A DNA stretch of 32,902 bases. It comes from Octopus bimaculoides (Eukaryota). Made by a program: the position numbers and the translations under genes. Under the pieces are notes generated by a model. It did no database searches and was not told the origin of the DNA. It saw nothing but the letters and a program-made list of their open reading frames with translations. Shown one piece after another: positions 1-11,755 of this stretch. The stretch spans positions 40,766,087 to 40,798,988 of the forward strand of contig NC_068988.1 of NCBI RefSeq assembly GCF_001194135.2, given 5' to 3'. Positions within the stretch are counted from its first letter, which is position 1. Each line of letters opens with the position of its first letter.

Positions 1-298
1 ACAAAGACCTGGAAATAGAGATAACTCGAATGTGGAATCTAAAAACAGAAACAATTCCTATCATAGTAGGTGCCTTAGGTATAATAAAAACATATTCAGA
101 CAAATACATAACAAAAACACCAGGACTTACAAATATATATATAACATACAGAAAATTGCACTACTGGGTACTGCACACATTCTACGCAAAACACTTTCAA
201 TACAGTAAACATAAGAGCACCACAGCACATACCCAAGGCGCACAGAGCTGCGCTCGGTAGTGAAGTGAAAGCACGTTATAAAAATAAAACTACTGAAC
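1..298 (+). mobile_element. 3' end of R4/Dong-type non-LTR retrotransposon (REL C-terminus + 3' UTR), ending in (AAT)n
   Basis: Translation DLEIEITRMWNLKTETIPIIVGALG...(frameshift)QKIALLGTAHILRKTLS is the typical C-terminus of REL-endonuclease retroelements; highly similar to 16322-16622; followed by (AAT)n at 299-340. Confidence 0.85.
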
Positions 299-340
299 AA
301 TAATAATAATAATAATAATAATCATAATAATAATAATAAT
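299..340. repeat. (AAT)n microsatellite between two Dong-like copies
   Basis: Direct reading of the sequence. Confidence 0.95.
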
Positions 341-2488
341 GAAAGGAGCAGGTGGAGTCTCCCCATGTCTTGATTAATGATATTTCTAGTGATGGTGTCA
401 ATAAAAACACTGGTAATTGTGCAACCTGATAATCGCTGCCTCATATGAGTGACAATAAATAAGCTAAATATTGAGAATAACGGTGGTAATGAAACTGGAA
501 CCATTGATGGTGACAGTGTTACACCCGGTAGGCTCAGAGATTCTGGTCCGACTCCAGCCTGTCGATATCCAGAAAGGGACCACCATGCACGGCGTAGATG
601 GAGCAAGCAAATCAATGCTGTGGTCATGCTGTGTTACTACCTGAGCAACCCGGTAGATGAAAATGGTGATCAAATTAGGGGTTACCGACAACATTTTTGG
701 AGTATGGAATGTATGAACCTATTTGGTATTGCATCGAATGTTGAGCGAATGCTTGGAAAAAATATGGTGAAGTGTGATTCGGAAGTGACAGCATATGGAA
801 GAAGTTTAGGGACAATAAAAATCTGGAGAGACATCTTCCAAGGAGACTGCCTGTCGCCACTGATCTTTGTGCATGATACCACTAACACTCATTCTGAAGA
901 AAGCAAAGGCTAGGTATGTACTCAAGAGTCACCAACAAAATGTCGACCATTTGTTATTCATGGATGACTTCAAACTTTCTGGTAAAGATGAATCCAAAGT
1001 CAGTTCCTTCGTTGATACGGTGTATAATTTCAGTGCTGATATCAGAATGGAGTTCGGACTGAGAAAATGTGCTTTGTTAGTCTTGAAGAGAGGCAAAATC
1101 AAATGTATGGATGAGTATCGATACCGTCGGGGGAGGTTGTGAAGCAGATAGAAGAGACAAGCTATAAGTACTTGGGAATATTGTAAATGCATAAATTCAT
1201 AGAGAAAGAAATGAGAGAAAAATTTGAGATGGAGTACTTGCGCAAAATGAGATTGATCCGTAAGTAGAAATTAAACGGGCGGAATAAGATTGAAGCTATC
1301 AACATCTGGGCGGTTTTGCTCCTTAGATATGGAGCAGGGGCAATCGCATGGACAGTAGATGAGCTAAACAACTTAGACAGAAAGAAGGAAGTTACTGACA
1401 AGATATGAGATACTCCACCCAAAAAGTGACACAGACTGACTGTATGTACCAAGAAAAAGAGAGGAAGAGGACTGACTGGATGAGAACACAGCATTAGAGC
1501 AGAAGAAAACAACATAGCATGGTATGTAAAAAAATGTCACAGAACCGCTATTATTAGAAGTAAGATGGTCAGGCTTGTGTAGGATGGAAGATTGCAAAGA
1601 TAAAGCACTGTACAAGGAATTGAGAATGAATGAAACTGAAAAGATATGGATAAAGAAAATAATGCATGGACAATTTTATAGGGATGTTGAAGATAAGACA
1701 AACAGAGAAAAAATATGTCTATGGATGACTAAAAGTGATTTAAAAACCAGAAACGGAAGCTCTAATCTGTGCTACCCAAGAGCAAGCATTAAGAACCAAT
1801 TACATCAAATACAGAATAGACAACACATCAAAAAGTGGTAAGTGAAGAATTTATGGTCAAAATGGTGAAACCGTATGACATCTTACTAGTCAATGTACGT
1901 CACTAGCGCAGAAGGAATATAAGAGACGTTATGACAACATAGCAAGCATTGTCCAGTGGACACTTTGCAACAAGTATGGACTTGACAGAGCAAAAATGTG
2001 GTGCGAACATAAACCCGAAGGCCTCATCGAAAATGATAATGGAAAGATCGTATGGGATTTCATGATTCAGTGCGACCATGAGGTAGAAAATAGGAAACCA
2101 TACATAGTGTTAATTGAGAAAGGAAGCAAATGATTCTGTATCATAGATATAGCACCCCAGCTGACAACAAGGTATGCGATAAGAAAGAAAGAAAAGCCGA
2201 TATATATGACAGGTTAGCATGGCAGGTTAAGCAGTTGTGGTCGCTGAAAAAGGTGGTAGTAGTACCAATAATTGTCGGAACCCTGGGAACAGTGAGTGAA
2301 AATCTTGAGAAGCACATGGAACAAATAGGAGCTGCAATAAAGGTGGAGCACTTGCAGAAAACAGCACTGCTTGGAACCGCTCGAATACTCCGGATGATAC
2401 TCGAAAATTAAGGGGTGTTACCTTAATTCACTGATAGTGAACAGCTGACACCGTAATACATCTCCAGCGTTAGTAGCTGTGCAAAAAC
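341..2488 (+). mobile_element. Degenerate, internally deleted R4/Dong-type non-LTR retrotransposon (N-terminal region, RT, CCHC, REL endonuclease, 3' UTR)
   Basis: N-terminal RRRWSKQINAVVMLCYYLSNP...GYRQ; RT motifs IFQGDCLSPLIF (~835-870) and HLLFMDDFKL (~948-977); KIMHGQFYRDV; GETV*HLTSQC...YKRRYDNIASIVQWTLC; IVWDFMIQCDHEVENRKPYIV (PD motif decayed); LWSLKKVVVVPIIVGTLG...LLGTARILRMILEN* at 2411. Many stops and frameshifts. (AAT)n on both sides. Confidence 0.9.
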
Positions 2489-2493
2489 AATAA

Positions 2494-2559
<66 letters not shown>

Positions 2560-2565
2560 TAATAA
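2489..2565. repeat. (AAT)n microsatellite (tail/target of the Dong-like element)
   Basis: Direct reading of the sequence. Confidence 0.95.
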
Positions 2566-3309
2566 GGAATACCTGCATTGTCATAAGATTTGTTTCAATG
2601 TACACACGTGGCTTGGGGAAAAACAAAACACATGGAAACAACATTTCAGTGAAGACAAAACAATTGAACACCATAGATTAGATATCATTATACACGACAA
2701 TACCTTGTAACAGATGCTGTTATTAATTCATACACATGCTGTTGTTGAAAAAGAAATAGAAGAGATCTCAAAATATGCTGAATGAAAAGTAGAAATAACA
2801 GCAGCAGAAGTGAAAATTGTACCATCAAAAACAGGTGAACATCATTGCAAACATGCATGTGCTCCAAAATTTTTTCTTACAACAGAATATATTCCTCGAA
2901 ACTTTCGGTGTAAGGCATTTTATTAAGGCTTGGTAGCTTGGAGAAAAAATTGAATATAGGTCTTTCTATTCATACTATGCAATGAAAATATAAATCTGAT
3001 ATTTTTCATTTCAAGTCTTGTTCCTTAATATTAGACAAAGGAACATGACTTGAAATTTAAGAAATTGTAAATCCCAAATTTGACTGATAGTTTACTTTAC
3101 CGACTCTTGAAGAATGAATACAAGTGGGTGATGAGTGCTGACGTAACTTTTTATGATATATAGTCGAGTGTGGCTACTATAGACATGCAAGTACTCATAA
3201 TTCTGTAAGATCACAAACCATTACAGATACATGTTATGTAGAGATGACATTGTGTATACGTACACAGACACATGCATACATGGTCGTACATACACACACG
3301 CGTCTGTGT

Positions 3310-3613
3310 GTTATGGACTTTCCCGTCGAAGACGACAACGTATGAATATTCAGCTTTTACCGAACCACCTGCGCAAATGATTCGTCTAGAGTGATCAAAT
3401 GTATGTGCTGGACACTAGCTCACTCTCTCAATCAATTCGATGTTATCTGAACAGGTGCAAGGTGTACCACACGTCAGATTTGAAAGTGATCGTATAGCAA
3501 CGCGAGACGAAGTATTTTGCTCAAGAACACAACACACCACTCGGTCAAGAAATTGAAACCACGATCTTGCGATCACGAGTGAAACGCCCTAACCACTATG
3601 ACATGCGTCCTCC
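3310..3613 (-). mobile_element. tRNA-derived SINE with CORE-like central segment
   Basis: Minus strand: GGAGGACGCATGTCATAGTGGTTAGGGCG (A-box-like)...GGTTTCAATTTC (B-box-like)...TGTGTTCTTGAGCAAAATACTT; head similar to 26744-27064. Confidence 0.7.
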
Positions 3614-4140
3614 CTATATATATATATATATATATATAGTATTTGAGTATGTTAGATGTTTTAGATTATTGACCACGCTGTAGTTATTACGTAAAGCCAT
3701 AAGCAAGGGTGTATTGAAATATGTGTGTGTATGCGTCAGTAAGAGAGAGACGAGAGAAGGAAGGAGGTAGGGAAAGAGAGAAGCAACTCTAACACAGACC
3801 CAAACAAACATACACAAACGTACACACTCATACACTCATATATATGTGTGTGTGTGTATGTGTGTCCATGTGTGTGTGTATGTGTGTGTGTGTGTGTGTG
3901 TCTATGTGTGTGTGTGTGCGTATACATACATCCATAATATATAATATGCAATTTAACACACAACATGCACACAATGAATAACAAATAAACACATAATCAC
4001 GCATTCCTACATACATAATATATAAAACAAAAACGGCACGAGCCTTCAGATATATAATTCATAAACAACAACCACACACACATACGCAGAAATACGCACG
4101 CACGTACGCGCTCGCACTCAGGTGCAGTTATATACGCAGC
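3614..4140. repeat. Mixed (TA)n/(TG)n/(CA)n microsatellite region
   Basis: Direct reading; explains the spurious THTHTH/CVCV ORFs. Confidence 0.85.
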
Positions 4141-5059
4141 CACATTTGTTCATTAATATAATGTTCGAAGCATGACGGTTATGATCATGTTTCATGTCGT
4201 GACTGTTCGATTTTGTTTGCCTTTTAGACTTAGTCTTGTCAAACTGTATGTTTAACACACCTAATGCTTACTCTATCTGTTATCTGTTGTTGCTGCAGTT
4301 GTTTTTGTTATTGTCTCATTTCTCTTATCATCCCACTTAATCATTGTTTCCATATGCCTTTCCCATTCAGTAAGTTGATGTTGCTTGTATGTCGTTTAAC
4401 CTCACGTCACCCTTAATCTAACAAACTTGTAAGCTGTTGTTTAACTGTAGGTCGGTCCTAATCCAACAAATCTATGATCAATTGTGCTCATTTCTGTTTT
4501 ATTATTATTATTTTATTTTTTGTCTTACTAGTTTCAGTTTAGACTGATANNNNNNNNNNGAACAAAAACGCAATAGAGGGCATTAAAACGTTCGGACAGA
4601 TAGACGATAGAAAGGCGGACAAGAGAAATAACAAGATGGTTCGATCTATTACCCCCAAAAATGTCTAAGCTAAGAGCATTAAACCCCTTCGTTAGAAAGC
4701 TACCGAATGTGTACGGCAACAAAGACAAAAACAAACAAACAAAAGCACGGAGAACATGGTACACAATTACGAATACATACAAGAAATAACAGGCGTCTTT
4801 CGATTGAGAACGAATGAAATTGAGCTGGCGTATATGAAGTGAAAGCCTTAAGGCAGGAACATGGGCGATAGACACAAGAGGTATTGGCTGTGCGATTCAG
4901 GTCAAGAAAGAGAGATCATGGTTGGCCGGACACCGATCATGTGGAAGGAGGAGAGATGGGTGGGGGACAGCGTGATTGAAGGATTAGAAAAAAAAATCAG
5001 AGACAAAGAGAAAGGTACAAGGGAGATAAACGAGTAGGAAATAATGGGAGTTATATCTA

Positions 5060-5398
5060 TATCTTTTATCTTGTATCTTTTACTTGTTTCAGTCATTAGA
5101 CTCTGACCATGCTGGGGCATCGCCTTGAATCGACCAGAGCACTTATTTTTTGTTAAGCCGAACCACCAAGTCACGGGCACGCAAACACCTCAATACCAGC
5201 TGTCAAGCAGTACTAGGCGACAAACACGCGCGCGCGCATGATAGACTTCTTTCAGTTTCCGCCGACCAAATCCCACATGCAAAGTTTTGGTCGACCCGAG
5301 GCTGTAGCAGAAGACACCTGCCCAAGTTGCTACTCCGTGGGACCGAACCCGGAACCATATACTTGGGAAGCAAGTTTCTTGCTACACAGCCATTCCTG
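5060..5398 (-). mobile_element. Two-part tRNA-derived SINE (head 5398-5240, internal dinucleotide tract, 3' half 5226-5060, (TAAAAGA)n-like tail)
   Basis: Head CAGGAATGGCTGTGTAGCAAGAAACTTGCTTCCC...GGTTCCGGGTTCGGTCCCAC; 3' half ...CCAGCATGGTCAGAGTCTAATGACTGAAACAAGTAAAAGA; related halves at 12620-12810, 20770-20945, 21235-21390 and 32400-32640. Confidence 0.75.
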
Positions 5399-6356
5399 TT
5401 TAATTTGTTTTAATTTATTCAGACATGGTGTGTTTTGGGTTATATTACCTAACGCGTCTTCTCGTTTTTTTCCTACAAACTTTAGGGTATGATTTTTAAA
5501 ATATTTGGCTACTTTTTCTAGCAGGTCGAAACACGGAATAAGGATTCCATCGTTGGCTGCACATTGCAACTGTTGCTGCTGTTATTTATCACTCATGTCA
5601 CACTCTGATCCATCATGCCTATAATCAAAGACGTTTCTAATCGGAGGTAATTTCTATATTTGATTTGTTTTTTGTTTTTTTTGATATTTTCATTTTCTTC
5701 AGACTATCTAGGACTAGATTATTTTAAACGTTTGGAGAAGGTTTGGCTGTTATTTTTAGCATGCTGAGCCACTTTGTAAAGCAGGCATACGTAACCTTCT
5801 ACGAGAAGCGAGCTGGAATGGACTATGTCTCTTTTCAGGTGAGCCGCGCTTCTAAAAATCATTCATAGTATTTTTTCATTATAGACGTGCCATTCAGAAA
5901 GTACCACGGATCGCAGTTTGCCCATAACTGGTGTAAACGGTTCTACGTTGACTTGAAATTATTATTGCTGATTGCATCACATTGATCAGGCAGTGATCCT
6001 TTCGTTACCTGGTGCCAATTAGTGGTTTCATATCTAAATTTAGTCATAAAGACAATTCTTAATGTAATTAATTTCTGATATAGTTTCGTGTCGTGTAGCT
6101 ACATGCTATTCCCTATCAAGTAGATCTATGATCAAATTTTTTCTCTTCCTAACCATTCTGACATTTTGTGAAACTGGGTCGATACTGTTCAAATTGGGCT
6201 TTCTTTAATTAAGATAGAATAGACTTGTTTTGCTACTATTTCTTGGTGGTTGGACCATCTGGTCGAATAGGAGCCCCAACTAACGGACCGTGCATCATTT
6301 AGTATTGGGCCGCATAGAAAGAGTAAATCTTTAAATTTTATTCTATTTTAGTGGGC

Positions 6357-6868
6357 AGAGCCTGACGATTGCGTGAAGACACTAAACGTGTTATGAAATG
6401 CTGTCTAAGTTGTTTTTCATAGCATGAAACTATTAGCAGCTCATAAAATAAATAGAAAAATATCAAAATACCCATTGATGAACCTCTGTAAGAGAACAAA
6501 TTTTGTATATAAATGTACCGTACATACAAGAGAAGGACCGTATGTTTACATTGGAGCAACGGCTGATACAGTCAAGAATCTTTATCGCAGCCATGTCACC
6601 AGCTTTAAGAAAATCAATAAGAGACATTTAACAGCTTCAGCCGATTTTGTGTGGCAACTTGAAGATTAAATAAAGTGTAACATAATTTGGTCCATAGTAA
6701 GGCACACAAAAACCATATAATATCATTTCCAAGAGATGCCGACTCTGAGCTGAGAAATTCCCGTCTATTTTGTGAACCAATGTGAAAATCATTAGTAGAA
6801 AAACTCTCAAAATGCTAACATGCATATAAATGCACTTTCACTCAATGCAGTGGGAATGAATTTGAGTA
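6357..6868 (+). mobile_element. Penelope-like element fragment: GIY-YIG endonuclease pseudogene
   Basis: YPLMNLCKRTNFVYKCTV...YVYIGATADTVKNLYRSHVTSFKK...HLTASADFVWQLE, then (frameshift) CNIIWSIVRHTKPYNIISKRCRL*AEK, matching the PLE GIY-YIG pattern VY...YIG...H..SF...T.LS..VW.L...W.I...PY....C.LC..EK. Confidence 0.8.
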
Positions 6869-7372
6869 CCGTAGATACTCGACTATAAAACACCCTCGCC
6901 TATAAGACGCACCCCCGACTTACAAGGCTCAAATCGGGAATTTTATCATTGACCCGACTTTTTTGCAGCTCGATTCGAATGCGACTTCACGTATTCAACA
7001 ACTTCCGACTTGAAAGTGATATACGAATTTCTCTTTCTCTTCATGTAAACAAATAATTAACGAAAGACAGGTACGGTACAAAAACAAACAAGCATTAAAC
7101 TCACTATTTTAAAATTAATTGTTTATTTCATACTAACAGAAGTAAAGAAATATACAAAGGAATATATTAAGATCGTCATCCATGTACTTCTCGGCTCTAG
7201 AATTAGGGATTCAGGCTTTTTTCGGTTATTCTAAGTGTCGAAACTTCAGACGTGGCTGGTACCTAGAAAATATATGAAGATTTTTTTTTATAGGATGCGC
7301 TTATAAGTCGCACCCACAACTTTAGCAGAAAATCTCAACGAAAAAGTGGGACATATAGCCGAGTATATACAG
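6869..7372. mobile_element. Non-autonomous pogo-type DNA transposon (MITE) with TIRs and TA target duplication
   Basis: Left TA|CCGTAGATACTCGACTATA; reverse complement of right end TA|CTGTATATACTCGGCTATA; subterminal TATAAGACGCACCC and TATAAGTCGCACCC; TA at 6867-68 and 7373-74. Sits at the end of the PLE fragment. Confidence 0.8.
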
Positions 7373-7909
7373 TAACTGTTAACATAATCCACCTTAAGGT
7401 ATGGACGAAGTCAATTTAGCTCTAACCTCCCTAATCTTATAAAAACCAAGTAGCTATTTAATTCGCTATTTGCGCCAAACCACAGGCGTGCCTATGCTTA
7501 CATCTTCGTGAATGCGTGTATGAGCGAGTGTACATGCACCGTACAACCTATGCGAAGCTGATTATACATCCATATCCGTTAAGGGTTATAGTCAATATTT
7601 TATTCGCTGTAATGCATTTTCATTTCTTTTATGCATCTGTAACTTATTATTGATCTTCTATATAAATGGAACTATGTCTTTTAATTTGCTGCCTCTCTTT
7701 ACAGGAACTGAGAATATACATTGCGGAACTGTTATTTTAATGTGTTATATCTATGTATCACGCGAAGAGACATACCTGTGCTGTCGGATGCACCTGAACC
7801 AGTAGTTAAGTATCCTACCCGTGAGGGATTGATGCTAGATGGGTCGAAACAATTGTAGCGATATATTAAAATTCTCGTATCGTCCATCTTCCGTCTCTCA
7901 TTACCGAAA

Positions 7910-7984
<75 letters not shown>

Positions 7985-8111
7985 TTATCTGTGTGTGTAT
8001 ATNNNNNNNNNNNNNNNNNNNNNNNNNNNNNNNNNNNNNNNNNNNNNNNNNNNNNNNNNNNNNNNNNNNNNNNNNNNNNNNNNNNNNNNNNNNNNNNNNN
8101 NNNNNNNNNNN

Positions 8112-8142
<31 letters not shown>

Positions 8143-8150
8143 CACATTAC
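7910..8150. repeat. (TATC)n followed by (TG)/(TA)n spanning an assembly gap
   Basis: Direct reading of the sequence. Confidence 0.9.
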
Positions 8151-8384
8151 ATACACATGCGCACATATATAGAGAGAAAGGGATACATATAAACATACGT
8201 ACATAAATCTATCCATACATCTATATAGATATAGATGTTAATTGGTGTCAAGGGCATTAATAGTTAATATGTACGTAGTAGTTGCCAGGAATGTGTTTAA
8301 TATGCAAATTGGTTTAATCAATTGTGTTACATCGCTAAACTTAGTGGTTATTTAAGTAATGTGATAGTGGTAATTGATGGGTTG

Positions 8385-8440
8385 GATGTGGCGCTGATGA
8401 AAGAGCAATTACTCTTGAAATATGTATATACACTCATTAT
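8385..8440 (+). ncRNA. Minimal type I hammerhead-ribozyme-like motif (stem I degenerate)
   Basis: CTGATGA (8394-8400), stem II AAGAG-CAATTA-CTCTT, GAAA (8417-8420), near-palindromic stem III ATATGTATAT, AUA cleavage triplet at ~8430. Confidence 0.5.
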
Positions 8441-8653
8441 CTTCTTTCCTTCGATCGCTTTGTTTACATAGACGTATTCGTTTATGAAACGCCGTAACTC
8501 GCAGAGCTAGCTCTCAATTGTATAGCAAATTTATAGAGATATAATTGGTTTGTCAAGACTGACGTGTCAGTTTTCTATTGCCCTTCCTCTCCCTCAAAGC
8601 GTTCCAATAAATAGTAAATAAATGAAAAATATGACGCTGATTGTATGTTGGTA

Positions 8654-8692
<39 letters not shown>

Positions 8693-9036
8693 GCGCATAA
8701 CTTTATGAGACTGTGTGTGTTGCGCGCGTAACTGTGTGAGACTCTGTGTGTGCGAACCCGCGCGTAACTGTATGAGACTGTGTGTATGTGTGTAAAACAA
8801 TAACTAAATGTATGCTGGTGTCTGTATGTGTAACACTATATGACTATAATTGCCTGCTGATATCTGTGCATATGTGTGTGTGTTTATATATGTATACATG
8901 GGTGTGTGTATAAAGCGAATAGGCTGTGTGTATGTGTACGTAACAATATGTGACTGTGTTTGAGTGTGTATGTGCGTATGTCGTAATATCTATGTATGTT
9001 TGTGTAACAATAAGAGGGAATCGTCAGCTGGTATCC

Positions 9037-9180
9037 GCTGGCGGTGATTTAGAAGTCAGGATATTCGGCTCACGATCGTGAGTTCGAAAACCAGCAGCGC
9101 GTTGTTACACGGTACTCCTCCAACCCACTCAGCTGACAAAAGTGAGTTGTACCTGTAATTCACAAGGACCAGCCTTGTAT
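9037..9180 (+). mobile_element. Degenerate tRNA-derived SINE (same family as 26744-27064)
   Basis: ATTCGGCTCACGATCGTGAGTTCGA...CCACTCAGCTGACAAAAGTGAG...CAAGGACCAGCCTTGT is shared with 26744-26920. Confidence 0.65.
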
Positions 9181-9247
9181 ATAAATGAATATGTCTGTTG
9201 GGTAGTGTATGTGTGTATAATTACACACATACACACACATATATATA

Positions 9248-9282
<35 letters not shown>

Positions 9283-9761
9283 TTGTATGCATGTATGTAT
9301 GTATGTAATATATATATGTATGTATGTAATATATATATGTACATATGATTGACGCCGAGTGACACACGGGTTCAATATTAGGATTATTTGAAGAAACAAC
9401 AGCAAACTCATCGTCGGAACTGACGAAAATCCATTTACTTTTTGCTATCTATATCAGTAAATATACACACACATAAATATATGTACATACATCTCTACGC
9501 AAATGCCATGTGTATCCATATATATATATATCCATATATATNNNNNNNNNNNNNNNNNNNNNNNNNNNNNNNNNNNNNNNNNNNNNNNNNNNNNNNNNNN
9601 NNNNNNNNNNNNNNNNNNNNNNNNNNNATATATATGCGTATATGTGTGCGCGTGTATGTGTGTGTGAATGCATATACGTATGTATTTTGTATGTACGTAC
9701 GCGTATATGAATTTACCTCTTAGTTCTTTTCCTGTATTTGTAAATGTTAAAAATGTGTCTG

Positions 9762-9800
<39 letters not shown>

Positions 9801-10399
9801 CTGCGTGTGTCTGTGTATGCGCGTGTGACCGATGTAGTTGAAGTGTGAATCAAGACTCAAACCTGTTCAGTGCACGATACAGATGACTGATAACTTAACA
9901 CGTACAACACAGGTACGAGTTAGAAACGAGCAGGGCGTGGTACACATGAAAGGCGTATGATGCGTTACATTGAGAAAGCAGTCTGCACTTTATTGATCCA
10001 TCGTAACTAATCGCTACTTTGCGTCAGTCGATCTCCTTTTAATCTTTCCTTTCTACACATGCACGCGGCTATATTCGAATGTACGTGTGTGTGTGTGTGT
10101 GTGCGTGTGTGCGTGTTGTTATTGGGTTAATGCTTTTCTTTTATTACATAGTATGCACTTGGATTCACCGTCCCACATTTACTCATATTTATACATACAC
10201 AAACTCTTACTCTATCCTTTGTATTGAACTCTTTCTTAATATTACCTACCCGATAGGTAAACTGTCACCTTTTGGGTAAATTGTCATCTTTTCGTATTTT
10301 TAATTTCGCGCAAGCGCATTCTTTGCTTTTGATTTTGTTGACTAAACAGTATAGTAGGTTCAGTTGGGCACCATCTGTGAGAAAAAGAACACCACACAC

Positions 10400-11030
10400 A
10401 ATTCACTCTGCCAGAAATTTGGAAACGACATGCAGTATTACTTGGTATTCACGCCGGACGCTCCAGTGCGAACATATCAGAGTGTTTGTGTGTCAATCTG
10501 AGGACAGTGTAATCTGAGGACATGTACTGTACCGAGAGTGATAAAAATCAAACATCCAGTCAACGTCATGGTGTTTGGAGTGATCACTAGTGATGGCGAC
10601 GTTATGCCTCCATTCATCTTCCCACAGAGCCTCAGAATCTACACGGAGGCCTACATCAACGAGGTAGTACTGCCCTGAGTGACGAGGGTGGCTGCGGGAA
10701 GACCCCATGTCTGGCAGCAAGACTCTGCACCATGCCACACAGGAAAGAGAACCTACACATGTCTGACAGACAATTTCTGCGACCACATCACCCGTAACAT
10801 CTAGACACCTAACTCCCCAGACTGCAACCCCCTTGATTATTATGTGTGGGGTGCAGTTGAGTGAGAGACCAACAAAACTCCTTGTAACACCAAAGATATC
10901 TGGAGTCTGCAGTTGAAGCCAATGGCGATTTTATTGAATAAATTTACTCTTTAGTATTTCAAGATATTTTAATGTAATTTAGTAAATATATCTGTTAAAA
11001 TGAGATATCAGAGTTGTTTTCATTTTCGCG

Positions 11031-11033
<3 letters not shown>
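10400..11033 (+). mobile_element. Internally deleted Tc1/mariner transposon, maT (DD37D) type
   Basis: N-terminal FTLPEIWKRHAVLLGIHAGRSSANISECLCVNLRTV; catalytic part KHPVNVMVFGVITSDG...WQQDSAPCH...PNSPDCNPLDYYVWG. D at 10721 and D at 10835 are separated by 37 codons. Duplicated AATCTGAGGACA near the deletion junction (~10495-10522). Confidence 0.85.
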
Positions 11034-11063
<30 letters not shown>

Positions 11064-11419
11064 NNNNNNNNNNNNNNNNNNNNNNNNNNNNNNNNNNNNN
11101 NNNNNNNNNNNNNNNNNNNNNNNNNNNNNNNNNNNNNNNNNNNNNNNNNNNNNNNNNNNNNNNNNNNNNNNNNNNNNNNNNNNNNNNNNNNNNNNNNNNN
11201 NNNNNNNNNNNNNNNNNNNNNNNNNNNNNNNNNNNNNNNNNNNNNNNNNNNNNNNNNNNNNNNNNNNNNNNNNNNNNNNNNNNNNNNNNTAAGATAATGA
11301 GAGTGAAAAAACTACAGAAGGCTTGTGTTACATGGTTAAAATATATATTTAAATTATGTCAGAAAAATGTTATAAAATATTTTTGGTATATAAACATTGT
11401 ATTTTGAGAAATAACCGGT

Positions 11420-11695
11420 TTCGTGTTGTCTTTTCAAATTTCTCTACTTCATTGTAACGTGTTCGCTCCATAATAGACTGCTTTGACGATCAATGTCATG
11501 CTCATTTCGAAGCATTCTACTAGCATATCCATGCATAGTCTTCTGCATATATAAGCTCATCCTTTCATCTGATTATACGTTGCAGCAGAGTTGTGCAACT
11601 TCTTTGAGCATGTATTCTAGGTTATTAGACAAGGAATGTTGCTCAAGGAGCTGCCTTCCAGCTCTTATGATGTTATCAGCCTCATATATGCAAAC
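11420..11695 (-). mobile_element. Possible post-RT fragment of another R4/Dong-like retroelement
   Basis: Minus-strand translation ...QKTMHGYASRMLRNEHDIDRQSSLLWS resembles the K.LHGQF...ID...S..W region of the 341-2488 element; weak match. Confidence 0.35.
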
Positions 11696-11755
11696 TTGTA
11701 TGTATGTATGTATGTATGTATGTATGTATGTATGCATGTATGTATGTATGTATGT

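Noticed and set aside
538-592. TGGTCC-GAC-TCCAGCCT-GTC...GGACCA in the Dong 5' region resembles HDV ribozyme P2/P3/L3
   Set aside because: Only ~13 nt lie between P3' and P2', there is no P1 partner or P4, and it is inside the coding frame; a simple hairpin.
4560-5040. Possible Penelope 3' end on the minus strand (ERRLLFL; CTAACGAAGGGG)
   Set aside because: Similarity too weak by eye; needs a profile search.
5330-5569. ORF with GKKREDALG resembling the Penelope RT motif GLYRDDGLA
   Set aside because: No other RT motifs, opposite strand to the nearby GIY-YIG, and part of the ORF is a SINE; likely chance.
7810-7865. CGAAACAATTGTA with palindromic stem III
   Set aside because: No intact CUGANGA and no stem I; at most an old relic.
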